A DNA stretch of 64,000 nucleotides from IMG/VR virus record IMGVR_UViG_3300027747_002221, positions 158,056-222,055 of that record; one strand, 5' to 3'. Both the position numbers and the translations under genes were made by a program. Positions 55,658 through 64,000 of this stretch are shown here, piece by piece; position 1 is the stretch's first letter; every line of letters begins with the position of its first letter. The notes beneath the pieces are model-generated. The model did not search any database. It was not told the origin of the DNA and saw only the letters and a program-made list of their open reading frames with translations.

Positions 55658-58600
55658 TTAATGTGACGCCGTTTCTAATGATAGAGCTGTTACACTCTGA
55701 CCTGTTGTAAGTTTAATTCTAACATATACTTCATTTGTAACTGTACTTGATGTTGATACTGTACCAAATGTGCACGTATTACTTGCAGCTGTTACTGATC
55801 TATTGACCCCTATTGCGCCGCCTAATGCGCAACCGTTCGTACCATTACCACCTGTGTTTGCGCCAGGAACACCCGAACCTCCATACGCTACGCTCATATC
55901 TAACCAACCATTTGCTGTAGATGCTGTATCTATAGTAGAACCAGGCATTGCTACCCACATACCTGCTATGTTACCTGTATATTTAATGTCAAATTTTGAT
56001 AAGGAAGTTCTTACTAATCTAAATGTAAAGTATTGAGATGAATCTTGGCCTGAAAGGTTAGGTCCGATTGTTGGCCAATATCCTGCACTATAATTTGTAG
56101 TATCATTTTTTAATACTGCACCAACAATTGCTGCATCATATGTCTGCAATGCTGTTGTTGATGTGTATAGATTTGCGTTTGCTGAATATGTAGGATTATC
56201 ACCTGCACCCGGATTAATTATTCTTGAAACTGTAGTTGAGCCTGTACCTACAGTAGAACCCACAGTAATTGCAGTTTCTTCCATAGTACTAGCTGTACCG
56301 GTCTTATATAATACATTACCTGTATATGGTATAACAACGGCAGAATTTGCTGTATAACCATTGTTAATTGTTAAAGTTGGTCCCACTCCAGTAGTAGCTC
56401 TACTAAAACCAGTTGCAATAGAAGAGGTTGTTGTTACTCGAATATTACCACTTGTTGCATATAAATTTCTTGCCAACGGAGTTGTTATACCTGCCGTAGA
56501 ATATGTAATAGATGCAGGTGTTTGGAACCCTGTTCCTGCGGCACCCGTAATAAATGTATCTGAAGAATGGTAAAAATCTCCACTTAATTTATTTACATTT
56601 GTTGCCAATGTCCAAACAGTTGAACTATTGAAGTGAGGAACATTGCTTGAATACGTATAGCTATTTGTTGTAGGTGCAAATGTTGTTGCAGTTGCGTTGG
56701 GTTGACCTAGATTACTTTGGTCGTTATACCATATAACAACATTACTTGAACTACCTAATGAATGTGTTATGTATACTTCATTCCATCCCGCAGGAGCAAC
56801 TGTAGAATTTGCTCTCAAGTCCATGCTTTCCCAGAACCCTGCAGTAACGGTTGGTACTACATTATTGTAATCTTGATTTTTAGCAATATATAGATTACCA
56901 TATATTCCATCATCGCTGCCTGTTGTTAATACTCTTGACCCTGAGTCAACCCCATTTACATATACTGCAACAATACCCGAGTCACCTGGGCCTACAGTAT
57001 TTGCCCAAGTTGTTGCCCAAGTATTTGTTCTTAAAACATTAGCCACTAAAGCACCCGCGGGAACTTGCGTTGCAGTAGGTCCATTTAATGTTTGCGTAAA
57101 ATTACATATTCTATATGAAGCTGCACCCACAATAGAAATATTACCTGTAGTAAGACTTAATGTGGGAGGTGAACGTGGAACTAATTTTCCTAAAATTTGA
57201 TTCATTAATGTGATACTATCTGTCACTGTTGTTCCTGTAGATAATGTGACTGCATTACTTGTTAATGATCCTTGTGCAGGTGTGCCTAATGTCAATCCTA
57301 GATTTGATTTTGCTGTTAGTGTACCTGTAACTGTAGCATTGCCTGTTGATAAAGTTGTAGCAGTTAATGTTGTTGCTGTTACACCACCCACCGTATTACC
57401 AAAGAATGTTGTAGCTTGAATATTTGCTAATCTAAATGAACTGTTAGAAGTATCAATAAAGATATTGGCATCTGGCTCTGGGTCATAATTATCATATACT
57501 TTAAATATACCATCCGATGCGTCTCTAAAGAATCCGCCGTGATGGTATGCACCGTCGTTATAATTGAATGCAAAGCCAATATCTGGATTAGAATATGCAG
57601 TGTTGGAGTTCAAATAAATCATATTATCTGAAATAATTAGATTATTTGAATTAACAGTTGTTACATTACCATATACAGTTAAATTATCAGTAATTATTAC
57701 TCTACGGAATGTGACATTTGCTGTTGTACTTACGTCTTGACCAATACTTATAATACCATTGGGTGAATCATATGTAACGCCAGTACCACTGCTTAGTGTG
57801 GATCTAACTCTTGCATTTGTGTAATATAAACTTGTGCCCTCGCGTAAGTTTGCTGTGGTATGATTGTCTAAAGTAGATACACGACCAGTAACATTACCTA
57901 CAAGATTTGCATATAATTTGCTACCCGAATCTTGGTATACGTTGCCGTATAATAATGTATTACCATCTCCAAGTACAGATATTCTAGCAACACTGCTATT
58001 TGTTAATTCATTATCATTGTATATAATAACATCACTACGAACATTGCCCGCAGCTTGCGTATCAGCATTAACGGTAATAGTGCCGCCCATTGATGCATCA
58101 TTTGCAGAATTATAGTAATATGTTCCCGGAACAACACCTGTAGTGTTCCATGTTATTGTGCCGTTGTCTGCACCATTATTAGTAATAAAGCCTGTCGTAA
58201 CACCCTGACCTGTGCCTGTCGTTTGCGCAGTCTTAATCCACATAGTATGGGTAGGAGCGGTGACATTGAATACAATAGTATCACCCGCAGTAATAGTAAT
58301 TGGTATATCATTGCCACTACTATATCCTGTAAATACATAATCTGTTGCAAACGAATTGGCAACATTCCACGTATATGTGGGATATGATGGCAAAGGTACT
58401 ATTCTAGTTTCTTGTACTCTTATACCTGCAAAATTATCCCATCTATTATTTTTCTTTATACCATAATAGATATTACCTGTTCTATTGGTTATAAATTGAG
58501 AAACATTGCCGCCAAAATATACATTTGCTTCTGTTAAACTATTCGCACCATTCGTAAATCTTGAAGCAGTTATATTTTCTACTGCTGCAAGATTTGCAAA

Positions 58601-60286
58601 ACTACCATCACTAGGAGCACCGCTAGCAGTTTTAACTTCCAATCCACCAGCTGCACTTTCACCTAAAGTAACATTTCCTAAAAAGATTGTCTGTGTGCCT
58701 AAATATAACGATAAAAATTTCTTTGAGGCAGAACCTAAATTAAATACGCCCGAAATACTTGGTAATATATTACCTGTTACTGTTATGTTTTTATTTACAT
58801 CTATAGATCTAGTAGAATCATTGTAAAGAATACTTGCATCCGCACCCTCAATATAAATTCCAGAACCAGATGCGGCCGAAGATGACCCAGCATTTTTAGA
58901 TAATACCAAACTCTTACTTGTTGTGACATTTTCTGTGGCATAGATGTTGCCTGTTACAGTCAAAAATTGCGTTGCAATATTACTAACTGCAATATTAGCC
59001 AATACTCTTGCATTGGTATAATATAATGCTGTATTTGATTCTAATACATTTGCTGTAGTTAAATACGGTTGTACAAAAGCATAAACTCTTGTATTAGTGT
59101 AATATAAATTACTGCCTTCCGATACATTCGAAGTAGTTAAATAAGGTAAGACTGCAGATACAACTCTTGCATTAGTGTAATATAAATTACTGCCTTCCGA
59201 TACATTCGAAGTAGTTAAATAAGGTAAGACTGCAGATACAACTCTTGCATTAGTGTAATATAAATTAGTTGTTTCTCTTACGTTAGCCGTAGTTAAATAA
59301 GGTATTACCGCTGCTAAAGTAACTGTAGCTTGCGCTCTTGCATTGGTAAAATATAGATTGGTGCCTTCGGCGACATTCGATGTTGTTATTTGCGTATTTC
59401 CGCCTGGCGAGAATAATGCAAGTACTCTTGTATTAGAGAAATAAGGATTTATGCCGTTTGGATCGGGATTTAAATCATATGTAGTAAAGTTTAACAGTGT
59501 TAAAACTGTATTTGCTACATTAGCTCTTTCTGCAAAATTAGATGTTGCCGCACCGGAACCTGCATTTGCAGTGGCGTTTGTCCAATAGCCTGCGGTAGAA
59601 TTCCAAGTTAATACTTGGTTGTTACTAGGGGTACCGGAATATACTACATCGCCAAGATCAACAAGATTAGCAAGTGATAATGCTGTTTGAACTCTTGCGT
59701 TTGTAAAATATAAACTATTGCCCAGTTCTCTTACATTAGCAGTGGTTAACCAAGGTTGAATAAATGCATTTACTCTCGCATTTGTAAAGTATTGATTTGT
59801 AAAACCTTCAGGCAATCCGTCTGTTGTATTTGCTGCACCCGATACTGCAGCAATATTTGCACGAATAGTACCAGCAACTACATCAATAATAATGGTTGGA
59901 TCGGCTGCAGTAAGTGCAGTTCTTGCCCTTGTATTAGTATAATATAGATTGGAATTGGATTCCGTTACATTAGCAGTTGTAAGAAATGGGGATAGTGTAT
60001 TTAATGTTAATGAGGTTGCTACATTACCTGGTGCCCAAACATTAGATGTGCTGTTCCAAATAAGAGCTTGCCCATTGCTGCTGTTCGCCGTATTTACATC
60101 GAGTAAGGCATCAATACTTGCAAGTTGCAGGTTAGCAAATACTCTAGCATTAGTAAAGTATAAGTTAGTTAATTCTACTACATTGGCGGTAGTTAAAAAT
60201 GGACTTAGAGTAGCTAGCGTAACATTGCTAGCAGCGACATTGCCTCCCCCTATCCCACTCTGCGAATATATCCGTGCTCTTGTCAT
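55658..60286 (-). CDS. Giant fibre-like protein (1542 aa)
   Basis: About 11 TNARV repeats, a cupredoxin-like insert, C-terminal QYFTFRLVR..SKFDI domain. Confidence 0.8.
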   Translation of the reverse strand: MTRARIYSQSGIGGGNVAASNVTLATLSPFLTTANVVELTNLYFTNARVFANLQLASIDALLDVNTANSSNGQALIWNSTSNVWAPGNVATSLTLNTLSPFLTTANVTESNSNLYYTNTRARTALTAADPTIIIDVVAGTIRANIAAVSGAANTTDGLPEGFTNQYFTNARVNAFIQPWLTTANVRELGNSLYFTNARVQTALSLANLVDLGDVVYSGTPSNNQVLTWNSTAGYWTNATANAGSGAATSNFAERANVANTVLTLLNFTTYDLNPDPNGINPYFSNTRVLALFSPGGNTQITTSNVAEGTNLYFTNARAQATVTLAAVIPYLTTANVRETTNLYYTNARVVSAVLPYLTTSNVSEGSNLYYTNARVVSAVLPYLTTSNVSEGSNLYYTNTRVYAFVQPYLTTANVLESNTALYYTNARVLANIAVSNIATQFLTVTGNIYATENVTTSKSLVLSKNAGSSSAASGSGIYIEGADASILYNDSTRSIDVNKNITVTGNILPSISGVFNLGSASKKFLSLYLGTQTIFLGNVTLGESAAGGLEVKTASGAPSDGSFANLAAVENITASRFTNGANSLTEANVYFGGNVSQFITNRTGNIYYGIKKNNRWDNFAGIRVQETRIVPLPSYPTYTWNVANSFATDYVFTGYSSGNDIPITITAGDTIVFNVTAPTHTMWIKTAQTTGTGQGVTTGFITNNGADNGTITWNTTGVVPGTYYYNSANDASMGGTITVNADTQAAGNVRSDVIIYNDNELTNSSVARISVLGDGNTLLYGNVYQDSGSKLYANLVGNVTGRVSTLDNHTTANLREGTSLYYTNARVRSTLSSGTGVTYDSPNGIISIGQDVSTTANVTFRRVIITDNLTVYGNVTTVNSNNLIISDNMIYLNSNTAYSNPDIGFAFNYNDGAYHHGGFFRDASDGIFKVYDNYDPEPDANIFIDTSNSSFRLANIQATTFFGNTVGGVTATTLTATTLSTGNATVTGTLTAKSNLGLTLGTPAQGSLTSNAVTLSTGTTVTDSITLMNQILGKLVPRSPPTLSLTTGNISIVGAASYRICNFTQTLNGPTATQVPAGALVANVLRTNTWATTWANTVGPGDSGIVAVYVNGVDSGSRVLTTGSDDGIYGNLYIAKNQDYNNVVPTVTAGFWESMDLRANSTVAPAGWNEVYITHSLGSSSNVVIWYNDQSNLGQPNATATTFAPTTNSYTYSSNVPHFNSSTVWTLATNVNKLSGDFYHSSDTFITGAAGTGFQTPASITYSTAGITTPLARNLYATSGNIRVTTTSSIATGFSRATTGVGPTLTINNGYTANSAVVIPYTGNVLYKTGTASTMEETAITVGSTVGTGSTTVSRIINPGAGDNPTYSANANLYTSTTALQTYDAAIVGAVLKNDTTNYSAGYWPTIGPNLSGQDSSQYFTFRLVRTSLSKFDIKYTGNIAGMWVAMPGSTIDTASTANGWLDMSVAYGGSGVPGANTGGNGTNGCALGGAIGVNRSVTAASNTCTFGTVSTSSTVTNEVYVRIKLTTGQSVTALSLETASH
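59093..59266. repeat. 78 bp perfect in-frame tandem duplication
   Basis: Two identical 26-codon units plus a partial third. Confidence 0.85.
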
Positions 60287-60311
60287 TATTTTCCCAGATC
60301 TTTTTCTCTAT

Positions 60312-60319
60312 TATTTATA
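60312..60319 (-). promoter_or_regulatory. T4-type late promoter
   Basis: TATAAATA 26 nt upstream of ATG 60286. Confidence 0.75.
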
Positions 60320-60358
60320 ATAACAAGAATTTAGGTATTATGACCCTCAAAACCGAAT

Positions 60359-62032
60359 TTAGGTCATATTAAATATCATTACGTTGTTAACAAACCATCC
60401 CATATAAATGCCGTTTAACGTATATTTTATCAATTCTTTTTCCATTTCGGTGTTTCTTATCATATTTTTTTTCTCAAATTTTTCTTGCCAATATTCTTTT
60501 TCCTGACAATTTATATGACCAACGCCACCCTGCCCAGGAATTGCAGCAGTCCATATTAATATTCCCCCAGGTTTTATATTTCGTACAACGCTGTCAACAA
60601 CATTGTCAGATAATTCATTTTCTATATGTTCAGCTACTTCCATGCAAGTAACTAAATCTGCAGGATCGTTTAAATCAAATAAACTAACCTGTTTCAAATA
60701 TTCTTTATTGATTATTCTTTCATCAACATCATATCCAAATGCATCAATGCCTACTTCTCTCAAAGAATAAACTAACATTCCCGGACCACATCCGATATCA
60801 ACAACCTTTTTTGGAGAAATATTATTCTTTATCCAAATAGCTAATCTATCAGTACAAGGTTTTTCCTCTTGCCACATCAAATCATAGTCCATCTTAACCT
60901 CAAGAGCGGGATATGAAGGATATATTTTCTCACAAAAACCTAATCCATCTCTATATTTATTTTCTTCGTACCAACCGTTTCCTGTGTATACATTTAATAC
61001 ATTTTGAAAGTATTCCTCGTACATAGGAGCAATTTTATCCAAAGTAAAGTTTTCGCCCCATACCCTACAATTTTTTGGGTTAATTTTATCGATATTTTTT
61101 GCAGCAGTTACAAACTGATCAAAAGTATTACATCGGTAACCCGTTAATCCATTTAAATTATTTTCAGTAAAAGCACCCCAATCTGTAGTTATTGTCGGTG
61201 TCCCAGATAATAATAACTCTATTTGTACTCCGCCAAATGGCTCTATATACATTGAAGGAACAAATGCGGCTTTTGCCTTTGACATTAATTTTTTTCTAGT
61301 CTCAATGTCCGCATAACCTACAAATTCCACATTATTAGGAAATGTCATATTGTCGGGATTTTGCCCAGCAATAATTAATTTCTTTCCCAACTTCTCAGCA
61401 ACTTGCACTGCAATATGAACGCCCTTACCCTCGTATACTCTTCCCAGAAATAGAAAATAGTCTTCTTTTTCTTCAGAATATTCAAAATCCTCTAGATCAA
61501 AATAATTAGGAATAACAGTATTATACCAATCGGATTGACAATGTGCAACCCCATTCATTCCATAATTTGCATGCATTATTGCATAAGATTCCCATACCTT
61601 CCATCTTGCCCAATGCCCGCCGGCATATCCTATACCCGGCTCAACTACAATCATATCGTGGTCATGTACGTCACAAATAAATTTTACTCCGCTTCCCCAG
61701 AAAGGAAGTAAAAAATCATTCTTTTGTTTTCTTTTTGCTATTTCAATTGATGCATTAGTGTAGAATGTTTGATATGCATGATCGCCTATACTATATTTAA
61801 AGAAATTCTTTTTCCAATCATATCCACCATATGCAACTTCCCAATCTTCGTTGGTAATAACTGATACGTGCTCTGTACAAATGAGATCAGAATCTTCGTG
61901 ACCATAGTGTATAACAGTATGTCCTCGCTCTGTCATCATTTTGCCAAACTTAACTACTTTTTGCGTATATGCGCAGGCATTAAATTCTTTGGAACTTACT
62001 GTGTGGGGCAACCCTAATATATGAAAACGCAT
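60359..62032 (-). CDS. Glycosyltransferase (GT-B, GT4-like) fused to a SAM-dependent methyltransferase
   Basis: FLFLGRVYEGKG, PSMYIEPFGGVQIE...GTPTITTDWGAF; C-terminal VVDIGCGPG, CMEVAEH, FTAA-like WTAAIPGQGG.GHIN. Confidence 0.85.
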   Translation of the reverse strand: MRFHILGLPHTVSSKEFNACAYTQKVVKFGKMMTERGHTVIHYGHEDSDLICTEHVSVITNEDWEVAYGGYDWKKNFFKYSIGDHAYQTFYTNASIEIAKRKQKNDFLLPFWGSGVKFICDVHDHDMIVVEPGIGYAGGHWARWKVWESYAIMHANYGMNGVAHCQSDWYNTVIPNYFDLEDFEYSEEKEDYFLFLGRVYEGKGVHIAVQVAEKLGKKLIIAGQNPDNMTFPNNVEFVGYADIETRKKLMSKAKAAFVPSMYIEPFGGVQIELLLSGTPTITTDWGAFTENNLNGLTGYRCNTFDQFVTAAKNIDKINPKNCRVWGENFTLDKIAPMYEEYFQNVLNVYTGNGWYEENKYRDGLGFCEKIYPSYPALEVKMDYDLMWQEEKPCTDRLAIWIKNNISPKKVVDIGCGPGMLVYSLREVGIDAFGYDVDERIINKEYLKQVSLFDLNDPADLVTCMEVAEHIENELSDNVVDSVVRNIKPGGILIWTAAIPGQGGVGHINCQEKEYWQEKFEKKNMIRNTEMEKELIKYTLNGIYMGWFVNNVMIFNMT

Positions 62033-62040
62033 TATTTACC

Positions 62041-62625
62041 TTATAAAAATAAATCAACTGGCATTGCTAAACGAATAGAGCCATTGAAAGGAGTAGATTG
62101 GTGATATAAAAATCCAGGAAAAATTACATAATCGCCATCATGGGGCCGTATAGATTTATTTTCAAACAATTTATAGAATTCTTCTTTATATCCTCGATTT
62201 GCATTATTTCTAGGATCAAATAATAAAAGTTCACCCCCCGGTGCCTGTTTGTCTATTATCATATAAAATACTGAACTTAATGCTGCGCCAGAATGATTAT
62301 GATAGGGAATCATATAACCATTTAAAACTCCTGTTACCCAAGATTTTATATGTCTTTCAGGAAAATCTTTAAGAGAAATACCCATGTTATTTAAGTATTC
62401 CTCAAACGCCGGCCAGACCACCTCATCTCTGAACACTTGCATTGCTGGCGGCCCATGATTCAGTATATCATGTTCAGATTTTAAAAATTCACTACGAGGA
62501 GAACTAAAATTTATTTCTTGAAATAATGTTTGACACGCATTGTCTAATACTTCTTTATTTTTTGTATTGCCATATAGTACTTCTGTTGACCACAAAGGAT
62601 TGAAACCATAATTAATTTTTGTCAT
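62041..62625 (-). CDS. Putative 2OG-Fe(II) oxygenase
   Basis: SWV...YHNHSGAALSSVFY, GGELLLFDPR, VIFPGFLYH, R. Confidence 0.8.
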   Translation of the reverse strand: MTKINYGFNPLWSTEVLYGNTKNKEVLDNACQTLFQEINFSSPRSEFLKSEHDILNHGPPAMQVFRDEVVWPAFEEYLNNMGISLKDFPERHIKSWVTGVLNGYMIPYHNHSGAALSSVFYMIIDKQAPGGELLLFDPRNNANRGYKEEFYKLFENKSIRPHDGDYVIFPGFLYHQSTPFNGSIRLAMPVDLFL

Positions 62626-63019
62626 TTATCATAAACTCCTCTAAAAAATATTCTTTAACGTCTGGAACCATACCTATATTATTATCAAAATTCCAACTAA
62701 TAATATCTAGGATTTGATTATACGTTTTTGTATCTCGGCTATATTCAATAAAGTAAGGGTCGTTATTGTAAAGTAATTCGGGATCGTTTAAATATTCCAC
62801 TGGGCTTCCGCCAAAATATTCTGCTAACCATTTAGCATAACATATCCCAACCATATAACTTTTGGAAGGGTATATCCAACCAATATCTTTTTCGTGAAAA
62901 TATCTAATAGCGTCAAGAAGTATATCGTCACTTATTTGTATATTTTTAGTATTTAGATCATCATCATATTCTAATTTTAATCTATGATATACTTCTTGAC
63001 GTATTTTCCATTCTTTCAT
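62612..63019 (-). CDS. Conserved hypothetical protein, radical SAM cluster-associated
   Basis: WKIRQEVYHRL, GWIYPSKSYMVGICYAKWL, NDPYF; association is from recollection of similar phage loci. Confidence 0.65.
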   Translation of the reverse strand: MKEWKIRQEVYHRLKLEYDDDLNTKNIQISDDILLDAIRYFHEKDIGWIYPSKSYMVGICYAKWLAEYFGGSPVEYLNDPELLYNNDPYFIEYSRDTKTYNQILDIISWNFDNNIGMVPDVKEYFLEEFMINDKN

Positions 63020-63020
63020 A

Positions 63021-63545
63021 CTATTGAAACACCATATTTAATACTATTCTTTTTTTATTTGCAACTATTTTATCTACTTTATGTTTTATATCTGTTGTAT
63101 GATTTATTATCATTATGTCCCCATTTTTAGGATAATAGTGTCTTTCAATCTTGTCATAGCATTGTATTTGTAGACTACCGCCCTCTATTATTTGAAAATC
63201 CTCTTGATAACATAATGCCTGAATCGTAATATTTTCTCTTGCATCGGTGTGCCAAACTTCGGCTCCTTTTTCTATACCATAGTATAATGAGGAATTAGTT
63301 AATTTTAAATTCGGATATAAATTTTTGAATTTATTTAACTGAGTTTCTATAAAAAATTTAGTGTGCACATCACATTCACAAGACGCATATCCATCAATTT
63401 CATCTTCCCATATTATATCTTTTTTAGAAACAATATTAATTAAAGAATCATCGTGATAGCAATAATATCCATATATCAATAGATATTCATGCATTTTTTG
63501 TAAATCAAAATTACAATCTGCTATTATTAGTTCCATACCAATCAA
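63021..63545 (-). CDS. Putative 2OG-Fe(II) oxygenase (HxD...H)
   Basis: WHTD, EGGSLQI, YPKNGDIMII, KHKV, KRIV. Confidence 0.75.
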   Translation of the reverse strand: MIGMELIIADCNFDLQKMHEYLLIYGYYCYHDDSLINIVSKKDIIWEDEIDGYASCECDVHTKFFIETQLNKFKNLYPNLKLTNSSLYYGIEKGAEVWHTDARENITIQALCYQEDFQIIEGGSLQIQCYDKIERHYYPKNGDIMIINHTTDIKHKVDKIVANKKRIVLNMVFQ

Positions 63546-64000
63546 TCAAGTGTTTAAATCCATTGCAACTATTATCTAAATTCTTAACTTCTCGCAAATG
63601 CTCGGACAAACAATGCCCATAATAATTGCATTTAGAACAAATTTTATTTTTATTTACTTTATTCTTTTCTAGATCACACCATTTTAAATATTCATCAAAC
63701 GTATCATATTCTAAAAAATATTCGTTATCATTAAGATCAAATTCTAAAACCGCATATTTCCCAGAAGGAGTAATATAGACATGGTCATCAGAAAAACTAT
63801 TCTTTATATTATTTATACTATCTTTTATAAGGCCGGCATTCACAAAGTTAAATTTTTTTTTGATTGGACTTTCCAACCATTTTATTATAAAATTTTCATA
63901 ATCTTTAAAAGAAACATTTTTTTGATTTGCCTGGTTTGAACTATAAGGTTTTATTTCAACAGATTCTAATCTAGATAATAGATTAAAATTTAATATCATT
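63511..64000 (-). CDS. Radical SAM / SPASM-like protein, C-terminal part (5' end outside window)
   Basis: VEIKPYS.NQAN, DDHVYITPSGK, CSKCNYYGHCLSEH...SCNG auxiliary-cluster pattern; the CxxxCxxC motif is not in the window. Confidence 0.6.
   Translation of the reverse strand, partial: MILNFNLLSRLESVEIKPYSSNQANQKNVSFKDYENFIIKWLESPIKKKFNFVNAGLIKDSINNIKNSFSDDHVYITPSGKYAVLEFDLNDNEYFLEYDTFDEYLKWCDLEKNKVNKNKICSKCNYYGHCLSEHLREVKNLDNSCNGFKHLIDWYGTNNSRL

Noticed and set aside
38066-60286. Regularly spaced DNA repeats suggesting a CRISPR array
   Set aside because: Units are in-frame codon multiples inside long ORFs and vary at synonymous sites; no repeat-spacer structure or cas genes.
1-64000. tRNA genes, integrase, or stop-codon recoding
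   Set aside because: No cloverleaf or T-loop motif found in the few intergenic gaps, no recombinase motif, and ORFs are long and tightly packed under the standard code.

Overview
A 64 kb segment of a large, AT-rich T4-like myophage genome. All credible genes are on the minus strand in the standard code. The host is probably a freshwater beta-/gammaproteobacterium (inference from the look of IscU/ErpA). In window order: (1) 1-5.4 kb, small early ORFs behind four near-consensus sigma70 promoters, with a GIY-YIG nuclease, a metallophosphoesterase and a SleB-type wall hydrolase that has a structured 5' leader. (2) 5.5-22.6 kb, virion accessory genes, including a GC-richer fibre cassette and a tandem array of 8 paralogues sharing an N-terminal ITGG peptide plus polyproline linker (6 glycine-rich, 2 LamG-like), with a fossil ninth copy. 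(3) 22.6-33.5 kb, nucleotide metabolism and replication: dCMP deaminase, nrdA/nrdB separated by iscU, iscA, erpA and small Cys-rich genes, a HiPIP-like gene, spanins, thyX, primase. (4) 33.5-60.3 kb, T4-like core hypotheticals, a subtilisin and four giant fibre-like proteins (1467-2560 aa) built from about 75 'NLYYTNARV' repeats under TATAAATA late promoters. (5) 60.3-64 kb, a glycosyltransferase-methyltransferase, two 2OG-Fe(II) oxygenases and a truncated radical SAM gene. I found no tRNA, CRISPR array, integrase or reverse transcriptase. All family assignments come from motif recognition by eye, not database searches.
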